A DNA stretch of 64,000 nucleotides from Callorhinchus milii (GCF_018977255.1 NW_024704742.1:50470001-50534000), one strand, 5' to 3'. Positions 1-13,709 are shown, counted from the first letter of the stretch. Numbers and translations: made by a program. Notes: generated by a model not told the origin, from the sequence alone.

Positions 1-689
1 ATGTAAACCATGTGTAACTATATGGTGCTAGTGAGGGAGAATATATGTGTGCTGAAAACTGCAGGTGCTAGTAATTGTGTATTTAACGATTGAAAGTAAT
101 TGGTTGTGAATTATATCATTGTTGGCATACTAATTCCCTCTGTATATTTTTATTTGAAGGTGATTTAATGCATATACATTTAAACATGGCACATAATAAA
201 CCTCTCTTGCTCCACTAGTCAAACTGGTGTCAAACCAAGTTGTGACCACATAGACTCATGGTTTACCTTTCACAATGACACTTCATTATTCTGTACATGT
301 TAACTCAGAAAGAAATACAGAACCATACGATCAATTATTGTGTGTGAAAGAGACCTTGTATCACCCCATACAGAAAGACTACCAGCCAGACCTTTTCAAA
401 TCCTAGTATTGACCTACATTCATTCCCTAGCTTCTGTGAGGAGGCAGGTTTGTTAGATTAAGTCAGAAAAAGGAATGTTAATAAGGAAACTTCATGTCAG
501 ATACTTGCTCATGTAGCTGTCAAATTGATGGAGACATCTGCGATCTGAATCAGCAATCCAGACCAAAGAAGACATGGGAAGGGGAATGAGGGAGACACAG
601 AGAGGAAATATAAGTGACATTGAACCAACTAATGTGTTTTTTTCCTCAAGAAAATAAAATAATGGGGTCTAATGCTAGCAAAGCTTTTA

Positions 690-1080
690 TTCTGTCCTTG
701 AAGTGATCTAGGGGTACAAATATATGGATCTTCAAAGATAAGAGATCTAGGTACAAAACACCATCAAAAGGCAAACGGGATTTAGGGGGTTATATATAAT
801 AGCATTAAATACGATAGTAACAAAGTGATAAATTTATACAAAACGTTGGTCAGATAGCATTTGAGAGAATACATGTAATCGTGGGTACCCCATTATAGAA
901 AGGACATAAGAGCTATGGAAAGAGTACAGATGTGAATGGCTGTAGATTGCGTTAATAGGCTAAAAAATGTGAAATCCTATTTGACTATTATTAGAGCAGA
1001 GAATGTTAAGAGGGGATCTCCAGAGATTTCTACAATTCTAAAAGATTTTGAAAGTAATGGTATTGAAAGATCATTCCAAC
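690..1080 (+). mobile_element. Old degraded CR1 LINE ORF2 3' fragment (continues at ~5126-5430)
   Basis: Decayed C-terminal CR1 motifs (tttatacaaaacgttggtcag, tggaaagagtacag, ttaagaggggatct); resumes after the nested SINE. Confidence 0.6.
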
Positions 1081-1288
1081 TGGAATCCCATAGCTCAGTG
1101 GTTAGAACACTCGTCTCGCAAGCGAGAGACCTGGGTTTGATTCCCAGCAAGGTCAAAACCTTGGGCAAGTTTCCTTACTCCACATACCTGATAATAATCC
1201 CTCAAGAAAACCAAACAATAATAAATTGGTCACTTCAATCCACAACTGTTTGTGGGACACTGCTGTGCACAATTGGCTGCCGCGTTTC
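1081..1288 (+). mobile_element. tRNA-derived SINE, 5' part (split by CR1 insertion)
   Basis: A box TAGCTCAGTGG, B-box-like GGTTTGATTCC, body matches copies at 21488, 27750, 48404. Confidence 0.9.
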
Positions 1289-4200
1289 ATAGAATTATAT
1301 AGCACAGAAGGAGACCATTCAGCCCATCGTGTCTGTGCCAGCCAGCTCTTTGAAAAGAGCTATCCAATTCAATCCTATTCCCCAGCTCCCTCCCCATAGC
1401 CTTGCAAACTTGTCCTCCCCAAATAATGATCTACTTCTCTCTTAAAAGTTGTTATCGAATTGGCTCCACCATCCTTTCAGACAATGCATTCCACATCCGA
1501 ACTATTCTTGTGTGAAAAAAATTCTCCTCACCTCCCATCTGTTTCTTTTAACAACTATTTTAAATCAGTGTCCTTGGGTTACTGACAACATGCCAGTGAA
1601 AATAGTTTCTCCTTGTTCATCCTATTGAATCCCCTCACAATTTTGAAAATTTCTATTAAGTCTCCTCTTAACCTCCTCTGCTCCAAGGAGAATAATCCCA
1701 GCTTCTCTAACCTCTCCTGATAACTGAAGTCCCTCATTCCTGGTACCATCCTGGCAAATCTCCTTTGCACCCTCTCCAATGCCTTGACATCCTTCCTAAA
1801 GTGTGATGCCCAGAACTGAACACAGTCTCGCGCTGAGGCCTAACCAGTGTTTTATGGAGGTTCGTCATAACTTCCTGACTTTTGTATTCTATGCCCCTAT
1901 TTATAAAGCCGAGTATCCCGTATGCTTTTTTTTTAAAAACAGCTTTATCTACTGAGTCCTGCTACCTTCAAAGATTGATTTATATGAACCCCCAGGTCTC
2001 TCTGTTCCTTCACCCCCTTTAAGATTCTGCCATCAGCTTATACTGCCTCTCATTCTTCCTCCCAAAATGCATCACTTCTCCACATTAAACTTCATCTGCC
2101 ACGTGTCTGCCCATTTTACCAGTCTGTCTATGTCCATTTGAGGTTTGCTACTATCCTCCCCCCTGTTTACTATTTTTCCTAGCTGAGTATCATCTTGGAA
2201 ATCTGGAAATTGTACTCCTATACCCAAGTCCAGGTCCTTTATATAGATCAAAAACAGCAATGGTCCCATTACTGACCTCTGGGGGACACCACTGTACACT
2301 TCCCTCCAGTCAGAAGAATAACCATTCACCACCATTCTCTGCTTTCTATCTCCCAGCCAGTTCTGTATCCATGCTGCCGCCGTCCCTTAAATACCATGGG
2401 CTTCTATTTTGCTTACAAGCCTCTTAATGTGGCACTTTATCAAACACCTTTTGAAAATCCATATAAACTACATCAACTGCACTACCTTCATCCACCCTCT
2501 CCGTTACTTCATCAAAAAACTCTATCAGGTTTGATAGACATGATTTGCCTTTAACAAATCCACGTTGGCAATCTTTTATTAACCCATATTTGTCTAAGTG
2601 AAAATTTATTTTGTCCTGAATTATAGTCTCTAGATGTTTCCCCACTACTGATGTTAGGCTGACGGGCCTGTAGTTCCCGGCTTTATCTTCCTGCCCCTTT
2701 TTTGTGCAGGGGAGTAACATTTGCAATCCTCCAGGCCTCTGGCACCAACCCAGTGTCCAAGGAGGATTGAAAGATTGTTGTCACGGTCTCCGTTATTTCT
2801 ATCCTTATTTCCCTCAGTAACCTAGGATGCATCCAGTCCAGAAGACTTATCTACCTTGAGCACCGACAACCTTTTTGCACCTCCTCTCGGCTTATTCTTA
2901 TCTTATCCAATTTCTCTACTCTCTCCTCCAATACTGTGGTATTGGTTGCATCTTCTTTTGTGAAGACAAATGCAAAGTATTCATTCCGTACGTCAGCCAT
3001 GCCCTCTTTCCCTACAAGAAAATTTCCTCTTTGGTCCCTAATTGGACCCACCCTACCTTTGACTAACCTTTTATTCTTTATATGCTTATAAAATACCTTA
3101 GGGTTCCCTTTTATGTTACCTATTAATCTAATGATGTTGTGATTACTGTTGTCCGGATGCTCTCCTACTGAAACCTGCTCCACTTGCCCCACTTCATTCC
3201 CCAGAACTAGATCCAGCACTGCTTCCTTCCTCATTGGGCTGGAAACATACTAATCCAGAAAGTTATCGTGCACAATTTCAGGAATCCTTCCCCCTCCTTG
3301 CCCTTTACACTATTAGTTTTGCCAGTCTATGTTAGGATAATTGAAGTCCCCCATTATCACCACTATTATTAGTTTTGCATCTTTCTGAAATCTGCTTGCA
3401 GATTTGCTCGTCTATCTCCTTCCCATTATCCAATGGTCTATAGTATACACCTAACAAAGTAGCAGCTCCTTTTCTGCTCCTTAACTCTAACCAAATAGAT
3501 TCTGTTTTGGGATCCTCTAGCACATCATCCCTTTCCAGCGCTGTAACCATGTCTTTAATCAATATTGCCACACCCCTCCTTTTTTCCTTCCCTACCCTCC
3601 TGAATACATTGTAGCCAGGAATATTTAGCTCCCATTCCTGCCCTTGTTTGAGCCAGGTCTCCGTTATCGCCACTACATCATAACCCCATATGGTAACTTG
3701 AGCCTGCAGCTAACCAATCTTATTTGTTACTCTCAATGCATTTATGCACATGGATTCCAAGACCGACTTAGTCTGTTCTGCATTTCTCCCTATCTAATCC
3801 CTCCTTTGTCTGGATTACTCCTTATTACATTGCTATCCATCTCTCCTAGCCCTCTATGTAACTTGTTTGTCCTCTCTAATGCTACATCCTGATACCCTTC
3901 ACCCCTCGAAATTGGTTTAAACTCTTCCCCAGAGCACTAGTTAACCTCTCTGCAAGGGCATTGGGCCCAGCCCTGTTCAGGTGTAACCCATCCACCTTGT
4001 ACAGGTCCCACCTGCCCCAGAACTGGTCCCAATGATCCAGGAACCTGAATCTCTCTTTTCTGCACCATTTTTCGAGCCATGCATTCCTGTGTTTGATCTT
4101 GCTGTTTGATATTCACTTGCATGAGGCACAGGGAGTAATCCAGAGATCACCAACTTTGAGGTCCTACTCTTTAGCTTTTTTTCCCTAGCTTCTGATACTC

Positions 4201-5018
4201 TCTGTAGGATCTCAGCTCTTTTTTTCTCTACATCATGGATCCCAACATGAACCATGACTTCTGGATGTTCCCCTTCCCCCTGTAGAATGTTTTACACCCG
4301 TTCCGTGATGTCTTCAACCTTAGCACTAGGGAGGCAACATACCATGTGAGAGTCATGTCTTTGGTTGCAGAAATGCCTGTCTACTCCTTTCACCATTGTA
4401 TCACCAATAATAATTGCTTTGACACTCTTCTCTGTGTCCCTCTGTGCATCCATTTCTTTTGACTCCTTTCCCCATAGGTGTCATCACCCTGACCGGTATA
4501 CAGTACAGAGAACCAATTTGTGAGACACTCTCAGGGGATTTCTGCACTACCCATCCCCTCTTCCTACCATGCCAAGTGGTCACCTACTCACTCTCCTTCT
4601 GAATCCTCTGTGGCTGTGGGGTGACCACTTCCTGAAACGTTCGATCCATGAACTCTTCAGCCTCCCGTATGCTATGTATTGACACCAGCCTCTCCTCAAC
4701 CTCAGAAATCCTGAGCTCAAGCTCGAGCAGCCAGAGGCACTTCCTGCACTCGTATCTGTCCAGGGCACACAAAACATCCTGGAGTTCCAACATGGCACAC
4801 ATTGTGCAATCAACCGGTTTCAGCTGCCCTGCCATATTACTAGATATGTTTCATATTATTTTAATATAACTATTATATATTTTATAATTCTGCACCTCTT
4901 TCCCCCTCTGCACCAAATTCCCACTCTCACTAAATTCCTTAACAGAATTCTCACTCTGTTCCACCTCACTCAGTTTGTTCCTCACGCTGCTGGGCTCTCT
5001 GCTCCTCTCTGCTGTTTA
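1289..5018 (-). mobile_element. Near-complete decayed CR1 LINE: 5'UTR, ORF1 (Zn finger/leucine zipper + SGNH esterase), ORF2 (APE endonuclease + RT), 3' tail; internal deletions
   Basis: ORF pieces: CTMCAM...ECRKC..LELRISEVE (4835-4584); VHVGIHD..VISGLLPVP; AITETWL..IPGYNVFR..LGVYYRP; GNYRPVSLTSVVGK..VYMDFQKVFDKVPH; SGVPQRSVMGPLLF; ERVQRRFARMVPG. Confidence 0.93.
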
Positions 5019-5125
5019 GCCCACAAATACACAGTCAATTCACTTTACAGTATATTCTGTGAAGTGCTTTGAGATGTCTAGAAGCTGTGAAAAGCGCTAT
5101 ATCAAATGTAAGGATTATTATTATA
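5019..5125 (+). mobile_element. tRNA-derived SINE, 3' part with L2-like tail
   Basis: gcccacaaatacacagtcaattcac...gcgctatatcaaatgtaaggattattattat continues where the 1081-1288 piece stops. Confidence 0.9.
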
Positions 5126-7326
5126 ACTGATTTGTAAATCAGTCACTAAGGGCATACATTTAGGATTATCACCAGAAGAGTTCATGAGGTGGTTGGAAGA
5201 AATGCTTTCATGAAGATGGAATAGTTGGCAAATCTATCAAATGAAGCTCAGACCATAATAATATTTAAAAAGGTAACTGGATTTTTTTAAAAAGAAAAGA
5301 TATAATAAAATGTTAATGGAGACAGAGCAGGGAATTTGTGTTAGAGCCCATTGAACCAATGGATGAACTGGCACTATCATAGATTACAGGGAGGAAAAGC
5401 CTCTTTCCGTATTGTAATTCTTATATCATAATAATAGGTCACATATATTATTAGTAGTTTCATAAGAATTGATCACAGTACAGAATATATCAGTTCTGTG
5501 AAAACACAAATAAATATTTACCAGTTTTGATGAGAATAGTACACCCGATTTATTTTTGTGATGAGATTTGCATGAAGATATAATTCTCTCCTGATATAGC
5601 TCATATTATTTGTAGTTCATTGATGATGAAGCAACCCCCCCAAAAAAAACCTCTCTCTGCATTATTAATGCAGTTCCTGGCTCCCTTAGGGAGCGTTCTA
5701 GAGAGGGGTTGCTGCACTTACAATAAAGATTTTTAAAAAACGGAAGGTTTCACGGTAATGGAAGTGCCACTCCAAAACACAAGGAAAATAAAAATAGAAA
5801 AACATCATCTAGTTCAGTAACTCTCGCTGAAGGTTGAGATAATTCATCTGTAACTGAATCACTTGGAAGTTTCATTATCTTACTCCTGATGTACCCTAGT
5901 ATTGAACCATCCAGGACCTGACCACTTCCTAGTGTGATTTGGAATTATTCACAGTGGGTGAGCTCAGGACTTATTTGCAGCCAACGTAAAAAAGGAGAGA
6001 AAAATTAATATGTTTAAATGCACGGCCACAATGTCCTAGGAGAAAATTCATTTGTCTGTTCTACTCTTGTAAAAGAGAATTGCAATGTAATACACTTGTA
6101 GAGAACAAGAATAACTCGGTTCAATGCAGACGAGTCAATACAAAATTGTTATGTCCCTCCAGTGCTATTTGCCTTGTGGAAGACCAAGGATAAAACATCT
6201 TAGCACATCCAGCTGTTTCCATGACTACATGAAGGGAATAGTACATTCACTTCACTAATCATGGGGAATAAACTCAAAGTGGAAGCGAGTACTACTTGCC
6301 TGACACTGATGGTTCAATTCCATCACCTTCTGACATTGGGTCAGCACCGAATTATTGATGACTGGTCTTGCTCGTATAGCTTACAAGGCTACAGCATAGT
6401 ACCTGGGAAAGGTACATGTAGCTTTGTAATATAGGTTTCAGCTTCACTTGGACAATCTGTCAACACATTTTAGAAACTGGAACCCATAAAAGCTCCAAGT
6501 TATGCATATATAAATGTTTCAATTACATTAAGCCCTAGCTTCAGTAATAAGAGAATATCAGCTAGTAATCTTAAAGGAGAAGTGAGAACCTACACAATAA
6601 CCTACCATAAATAAGGAGGTATGGTATTAGGAAATAAATTTAAATTCAGAGCACAGCAGCTAACTGTTTGCACCAGCAGAATATTATAGTTGACAAAGCT
6701 TAATTTCTTATTTATTACAATCTGAAACAAAAATATTGTTTTCATCTCGCAAGCTAGAAAACTCTAGTTTCATAATATTCAGCAAGGTTCACCTTCATGC
6801 AGAGAGCATGCTGTTTAGCAGTGCAAAAATGCTGCTGAGAAATACAAATCATTACAACAAAAATACCTAGGATGAATTCAGTGGTGCTCTCTGCATGAGA
6901 AACAAAAATGATCATTGCATTGCACATTTGTAATTTTCAAGGCAATCTGCTACCTCTTCCTGGTGCTGCAGACTGGCAGTCCTGACATTCTACAGCACTG
7001 CAGCTATTTGTGAATCATTATTGATGGGCCAGCCAGTGAGTTTCTGTCTGACTATGATCTCATTCAGCAGGACCATGGCACAGTTGATAACAGAGTTAAC
7101 AGATGTCACACGTTCTATTTGTCTGCAGGCAAAACTTGGATTAAAGCATCTTCTGTGTAATTAGCAATGAGGTGCTCCTCAATGGAGGAAAGTATTTATT
7201 CAGCAGTTTATTATTCTCCCTTCGCTGGTGTTTCAGTCTTCATACACTTGTCAAAAATCAAATTTGTTTTCCTGTTTGTTGTTTATTTCTCATTTAGTTG
7301 TCACAATGTCACATTTAGTTGTCAAA

Positions 7327-7498
7327 CCATATTGTCTTAAATGTTAAGATTGTGCAAAACTATGGAAAATTCTTAAATTAGTCCTGATTTGAAAGTTGGT
7401 TTTCCACACCTGTTAACAAGAACTGGCTTCTAAATTAAGACTGAATTTAAACATTTTCTGCAATTCTGCACAATCTTAAATTTGAAGACAAAATGGTC
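7327..7498. repeat. Palindromic (hairpin/MITE-like) interspersed element, copy 1
   Basis: accatattgtcttaaatgttaagattgtgca pairs with tgcacaatcttaaatttgaagacaaaatggt; homologous copy at 45378-45775. Confidence 0.75.
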
Positions 7499-7983
7499 TT
7501 ACAAGCTACAGGTTTGGGGAATTTCAGGCCTGAGATTCAGCAAAATGATAGATCACCAGAGGTTCAATTACTGCTTCCCTTCAGTTCAAGTAATGTTAAT
7601 CAGATACAGCAGTATGTTTGTAATATAGCTCATTCATTCTTTATCACTTCAAAGTACTCAACAAATCATCATTTACAGATCTGATGTACACTTTCTCAAC
7701 AATAAACTAGACTTTTGTTTGTATTTTCATAGAATCATAGATATTAATAACATAACTGATGGACATTTGGCCCATCAAGCCTATATTGGTGCAAATTCGT
7801 CCATTGGGATAAACTATTTTGAAACCACAAACACATGAAGGAAAAAGGAACAGATGGGGGTGAGCGAGGGGAATAGGAGTGGTGGGGGCCTGTGTGGAGT
7901 ATAGATATCATCACTAAGTACCTGAGCCAAATGGTTTGGTTCTGTGCCATATCACTATATGTATGCTAACATATAATATATAA

Positions 7984-10210
7984 ACAACAACAACAACAAC
8001 AAGATTCCATTTATAGAGCGCCTTTCACGTCGGGAGGACATCCCAAGGTGCTGGACAGTTGGGTCAGGAACCGAGCAGGGGGGAAATGGTCAGGGTGAGG
8101 GGAGGGAAGGGAGGGAGTGAGGAGGGGTTAGAGAGTCGAGAGGGGAGCTGAAGGCACGGTCAACGAGAAAAGTCTTGAGACCGGCCTTGAAGGAGGAAAG
8201 GGAGGAGGCGGCGAACGCACTGGGGGATAGAGTTCCAGAGCCTAGGGGCTGAGAGGCTGAAGGCCCGGCCACCGATGGTAGGGCGGTTGGGGCAGGGGAT
8301 GTGGAGCAGACCGGAGCCAGAGGAGCAGAGGGTACGGGCAGGTAGGTAGGGGGATAGTAGGTCGGAGAGGTAGGAGGGAGCGAGGCCGTGAATGGCCTTG
8401 TAGGTGAGGATGAGGATCTTAAATTCGATCCTCTGGGGGATGGGGAGCCAGTGGAGGCGAGCGAGGGTGGGAGTGATGTGGTCGCGAAGCCTGGTGCGGG
8501 ACAGTACACGAGCTGCAGAGTTCTGAATGAGCTGCAGTTTGTGGAGGGAGGGCCGGGAAGGCCGGCGAGGAGAGAGTTCCCATAGTCCAGCCTTGAGGTG
8601 ATAAAGGCATAGACCAGAGTTTCAGCAGCGTGAGGGGTGAGGTAGTGCCGTAGTCTGGCGATATTCCGGAGGTGATGGAAGGCGGTGCCAGTTGTGGCGC
8701 GGATATGAGGGAGAAAGGACAGCTCAGGGTCGAACAGAACCCCGAGGTTCCTAACTGGCTTTGAGAGGTGGAGAGTGCAGCCTTGGATGCTGATGCTGTT
8801 AGCACCTGAGGTACGGAGGCGCTGACATGAGCCAATCAGGAGGGCCTCAGTTTTACGCACATTGAGCTGAAGAAAGTTGTCTCTCGTCCAGGACTCGATG
8901 TCGGACAGGCAGGCTGTCAGGACATCGGTGGTCGTGGAGTTGAGGGTAGAGGAGGAAAGGTAGAGTTGGGTGTCATCCGCATACATGTGGAAGTTAACCC
9001 CATGTCTGCGGATGATGTCACCAAGGGGGAGCATATAGAGGGTGAAGAGGAGGGGACCGAGGACAGAGCCCTGAGGGACACCGCACGAGACAGTGCAGGG
9101 GCCGGAGGAAAAACCATTCATGGAAACAAAGTGATGACGGTGGGAGAGGTACGACCTAAACCACTCAAGGACAGGGCCTTGAAGGTTGAGGTGGGAGGAC
9201 AAGCGGTGGAGGAGGATAGCGTGGTCGACCGTATTGAATGCTGCCGACAGGTCGAGGAGGACGAGGAGGCAGAGGGAGCCCTGGTCACAGATGGTCAGGA
9301 TGTCATTGGTGACCTTGACCAGGGCAGTTTCTGTGTTATGGGCAGCATGGAAACCCGACTGAAGGGGTTCGAATAATGAATGGATGGAGAGGAAAGAGCG
9401 CAGCTGGGAGGCGACAACTCGTTCCAGGACCTTGGACAAGAAGGGGAGGTTGGAGATGGGCCGGTAGCTTGATAGCTGCAACGCATCAAGGGAGGATTTT
9501 TTCAAGGTGGGAGTGATTGTGGCAATTTTTAAGGGAATGGGAACAAAGCCAGAGGAGAGGGACAGGTTAATGATGTCTGTGATATGTGGGGCAAGGAGGT
9601 GGAGCTGGGAGATAAGGAGTGGAGTGGGGATGGCGTCAAGGGAGCAGGTAGTGGGTTTCAGGGATAGGATGAGTTTGGTGACAGAGGGTGGGGAAACGGG
9701 TACGAAAGTGTGTAGGGGAGGATGGGTAGGAGTCGGAGTGTGGGACGGAGGGGGTGGGGGGTGGGTGGATGTTGGAGGGGAAGTGACCGCGGAGCGAATT
9801 CCCTTGATTTTGGATTCAAGGAAATCCAGCATCTCCTCGAAGTGAAGGTTGGAGGAGATGACCTGCGCGGGGTGGAGGGGGGGACGGAGGAGTCGGGATG
9901 TGGTAGAAAACAGTAGCCTGGGGTTGTTCTTCGCCTCCAGGATTATCCTGGATTAGAAGGACGATTTGGCCAAGGCTAGAGTGGAGCGGTAGATTTTGAG
10001 GAGGTCCAGCCAGATTTGTCGGTGGACCAGTTAGGCCAGATTTGAGGCAGGTGCGTTCAGCGGCCCACACCTGGCTCTTCAGTGAGCGGAGGTGGGTGGT
10101 GAACCAGGGGGAGGAGCGAGAGTAGGAGACAGTACGGGAGGTGATGGGGGCAAGAGTGTCGAGTGTGGAGGAGAGGGTGTTGTGGAGGAGGGTGAGAGGA
10201 GAAGAGGGGT
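7984..10210 (-). mobile_element. 5'-truncated L2-clade LINE with an open RT domain (ORF 8090-9832, frameshifted after ~8550) and (GTT)n tail
   Basis: [52 protein letters not shown]; 3' end ...gacgtgaaaggcgctctataaatggaatctt(gtt)n. Confidence 0.95.
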
Positions 10211-11481
10211 CATAACTCTCAAACTAGTCCTCATCAATACTTCAGTTATTACTTTTAGAAAAATCCTACACAATTTTGTGTTGATTCCTCTTTATAACTT
10301 TAGGGTTTTTAGATGCGCATTGACAACATCTATACAATGTTTCCAAACATTGTCGCCACTGCAAATATTAACCTAATAGATGTGTGATCTCTAGGCTTAT
10401 ATCTCACTCCTTATTTGAATCAGTGGATAAAATTCTCAATCCTCCTTTCATTGGGTGCAGCTCAAATGTTTACAGAGCTTCCCAAAATATTAATGATACT
10501 TGCAACTATTTGTTCAAATTTACATAACCATACTTTAAACAACTTAATTTCCCTGAATACTGTTATTGACTCTCTTTTTTAATTGTATTCACCGAACATC
10601 CTGGACCAAAGCACACTTGCAAAATACATATAATCTGCAATTTCGTGTGTCATGTCTTCAGGTACCAGCACATTTCCCATCCTCTTATTCACCACAGTTC
10701 TCACCATCACCTGAAGGAGCCTTCCTCCAATACTGGTAAAAGTACCGCTTATACTGCATGAGAGTGAAGCAAAGTGGTTTCACATGGTTTGTTTTCCTGT
10801 GACTAAGTATTTCAGCAGCATGCTGTAATTTGGCATTTTTGCACAACGCACTGGATGGAAGGCATCAGTCTAACCATGATGTATTAAATGAGAGGTCATC
10901 TAATAAGTGGAATAGGCTTACACCAAGAGCCTTAGCAGCTTGAGGGTTTCCCAATGGACAGTATCACAGCTGCTGTCTGTCAAATGTGTTCTAATCTCTA
11001 AGGAGCCATCACTGTTGGTTTTGTAAACCTTGGGTATGGATTTCAGTCAACCATGAGGGAATGTGTCAGAGATCTCATAGATGTGCCATGTTCAGTCCTC
11101 AGAAGGTTTATTGCTGTCTATGAGCATATAGCCTCCACCAATAACAATTTCAGATTGTTGGAGAGAATATGAGAGGAAACTCAAACCAGCAGGTGGCTTT
11201 TTGAGTTGTAGATCCTGATCACATACTTAGCAGAACTTTCCACAGTGACAATTATTAGGCATCTGAACCCTGTTCCACTACCATCAAGGATTGGCCATAA
11301 TCCCAAACTCTATCTCTCCAATTCCATCAAATGCACCTAATAAGTTAGATATATGTCCATCCAGGGCTGGTATAGTAGATCCCCATTATAACATGAATAG
11401 TTGGGGTCCATAAAATCTCAGTCAGTGCTATAACAATTGTATGATAACAAGTCAATGCTTCTGTATTCTACATTTAAGGTA

Positions 11482-11915
11482 TCAGCCTGTCTCAGCTGGT
11501 ATCACTTTAGCCTCTGAGTCAGAAGCTGAGAGTTCAAGCGCCACATTAGGACTTTGAACTCATGGTTTCGGCTGACACTCCAATGCAGTTCCAGAGATGC
11601 GCTGCAGCATGGGAGATGCCAACATTTGCATGAGACGTTAAACCAGGGTTCCATCTGCCTGTTTAGGTGGACATTAAGATCACATAGCACAATTCGAAAA
11701 GAGAATTGTACTGACCAGCAATCCCCGCGTAAAATTGGTCATTAATGTACTGGCTATTTGTGGGACGTGTTATAAACAAATTGGCTGCTGGGTTCAACTA
11801 CACAATACACAGTAAATACACTTTACAGCAAATCCTGTGAAGCCCTTTAAGACATTCTTCCAATGTGAAAGGTGTTATATCAAATGCAAGGATTATTATT
11901 ATTATGATTACTATT
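11482..11915 (+). mobile_element. Older DeuSINE (SacSINE1-like) copy
   Basis: gcctctgagtcagaag..gttcaag head, ggctgacactccaatgcag..gagacgttaaaccaggg..aggtggacattaagatc core, tttgtggga..ttggctgc, L2-like tail. Confidence 0.75.
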
Positions 11916-12329
11916 ATTCTCTGTGCTTACACACAGGAAAATGGCTGGCTCCAATAATGCTCTGATGTCCAGGAAGTCAGCAATTTTGGCTTCTGGTCAC
12001 CAGCCGACATTTTGAAGCACATCTGCAGCTGGCAAACACATCTTTGACCTTTTCATATGTACAATGCTGGAATCTACACCAAGTGACTATTATAATTGAA
12101 TGGGTTATGTTGGGATTCCACTGTAGAAGGGGAGCACGGACAGCAAAAACACATTGTGAAAGTATATCAGTAGCATCAGGGAAGATTGTGGGTTTAAGAA
12201 CCACAATGGGACTTTGAGCTCCTAATCCACGCTATATAGAGAATACTGCATTAACAGAGGTGAGATGAAATGTTAAGCTAAGGTCCTGTCTGCCTGTTCA
12301 GGTGGACATTAGATGCAATACGATTGACA

Positions 12330-12780
12330 CTTGTATAGCGTCTTTCACATCGAGAGCGCTTGGCAATTCTGGCTGAGCACCGGAGCTGTTGGTGGGAGCT
12401 GAAGAAAGATGAGGAGGGGAGAGATGACTGGCAGTGTAGGCAAAGAGATATTTTTTGAGGCATACCTTGAAAGAGAGGATGGAGGGAGCAAGTCAAATGG
12501 ACCTGGGAATGAAGCTCAGAGCGTGGGCACCAAGTGGCTGAAAGCCCACCTGCTGATGGTGGGACGGATAGAAGGGGCGATGTCGGGTAAGCCGTGTCTG
12601 CTGAGTGAAGGGAACGGCTGGGTTGATAAGGGTAAAGGAGATTGCAGAGCTAGAGTGGGGCGAGACTATGGAGGACTTTAAATGCGAGAACATTAAATGC
12701 GAGAATGTTGAACTCAATCTGCTGAGGGATGGGGAGCCAATGGAGCTGAGCAAGGATAGTGTGATAGATTTGTGAAGCCT
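12330..12780 (-). mobile_element. Degraded L2 3' fragment inside an older SINE
   Basis: Similar to the 3' end of the 7984-10210 element; SINE core resumes at ~12885. Confidence 0.65.
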
Positions 12781-13709
12781 GGTATGGGAGAGGACACTCT
12801 CAGTATTAAATTACACCTTTTGAAAAGAGCATCTCCTGTATACACAGTTTACAGTAAAAATCATATGAATGTGATCTCACAGAGTCTAGGGTAGGCTGAC
12901 AATTAAAAGCAGTGCTGAGGTGAGCTGCGTTGTTGGAAGCACCATCCTTCAGATGAGACGTTAAAACCAATTCCCATCTGTCTGTTCTAATGAATATTAA
13001 ATATAGAAGCTTGAAGGGATATGGGGTTAGGGCAGGGCAGTGGGACTGAAGGCTCAGTTTGCTCTGAGAGCTGGTGCTGCCTCCCATTAACCCATGGCAG
13101 TACCACTATGGAAGTAATCGCATAGAGGTGGATGTCCTATGGGTCAACAAGAACTGCTTCTAGTCAGTGGAAGGATTCACTATTTAAGTGATTCTGACCC
13201 CTCAATAAGGAATCCTATAATGAAGAACTCCAAATTAAACCATGATATGGTTTATTAGTTTAAAGATGAAATTCTGTTTTTCTGCCTTTAGCTCTGGGTA
13301 TTCTGATTTCTGAAACTTTCCACATCCTCACTAATATTTTACATTGATTTTCAGATGATAAATGCGATGTATAGATTTAATAGGGTTATCATCCAATACC
13401 AGTACAAGAGGGTATTTATTACATTATTCTCCAAATAAAATGAAGTATTTTGACCTCAGCTGATGTACCAATGGCTTCTATAGATGAAAGCAGTTATCAG
13501 AAGCAATAGCACAGCTGCTTAGTATTCAGCAAGCTTCAGCTTACCCATTGTTTCACTCATGCAGAACAATCCTTGAACTAGAATTCATTTGGATGACTTT
13601 CTACGCAACAGAGTACAAATCAACAAAAACTGCAAATTATCCTGTGAACTGTCAGTCAAAGAGGTTTATTTTTAAACAAGTATAAAGATCTTCCACACTT
13701 CTTTTTCAG

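Noticed and set aside
8090..9832. 580-aa ORF as a host gene or active retroelement
   Set aside because: It is L2 ORF2 without an endonuclease, and its C-terminal ~150 aa are out of frame
10620..11300. Possible decayed minus-strand coding or retroelement remnant
   Set aside because: No coherent frame or motif could be reconstructed
1..13709. Exon 4 or earlier gabrb exons
   Set aside because: No LWVPDTYF/RLHPDG coding sequence seen; these exons presumably lie upstream of the window
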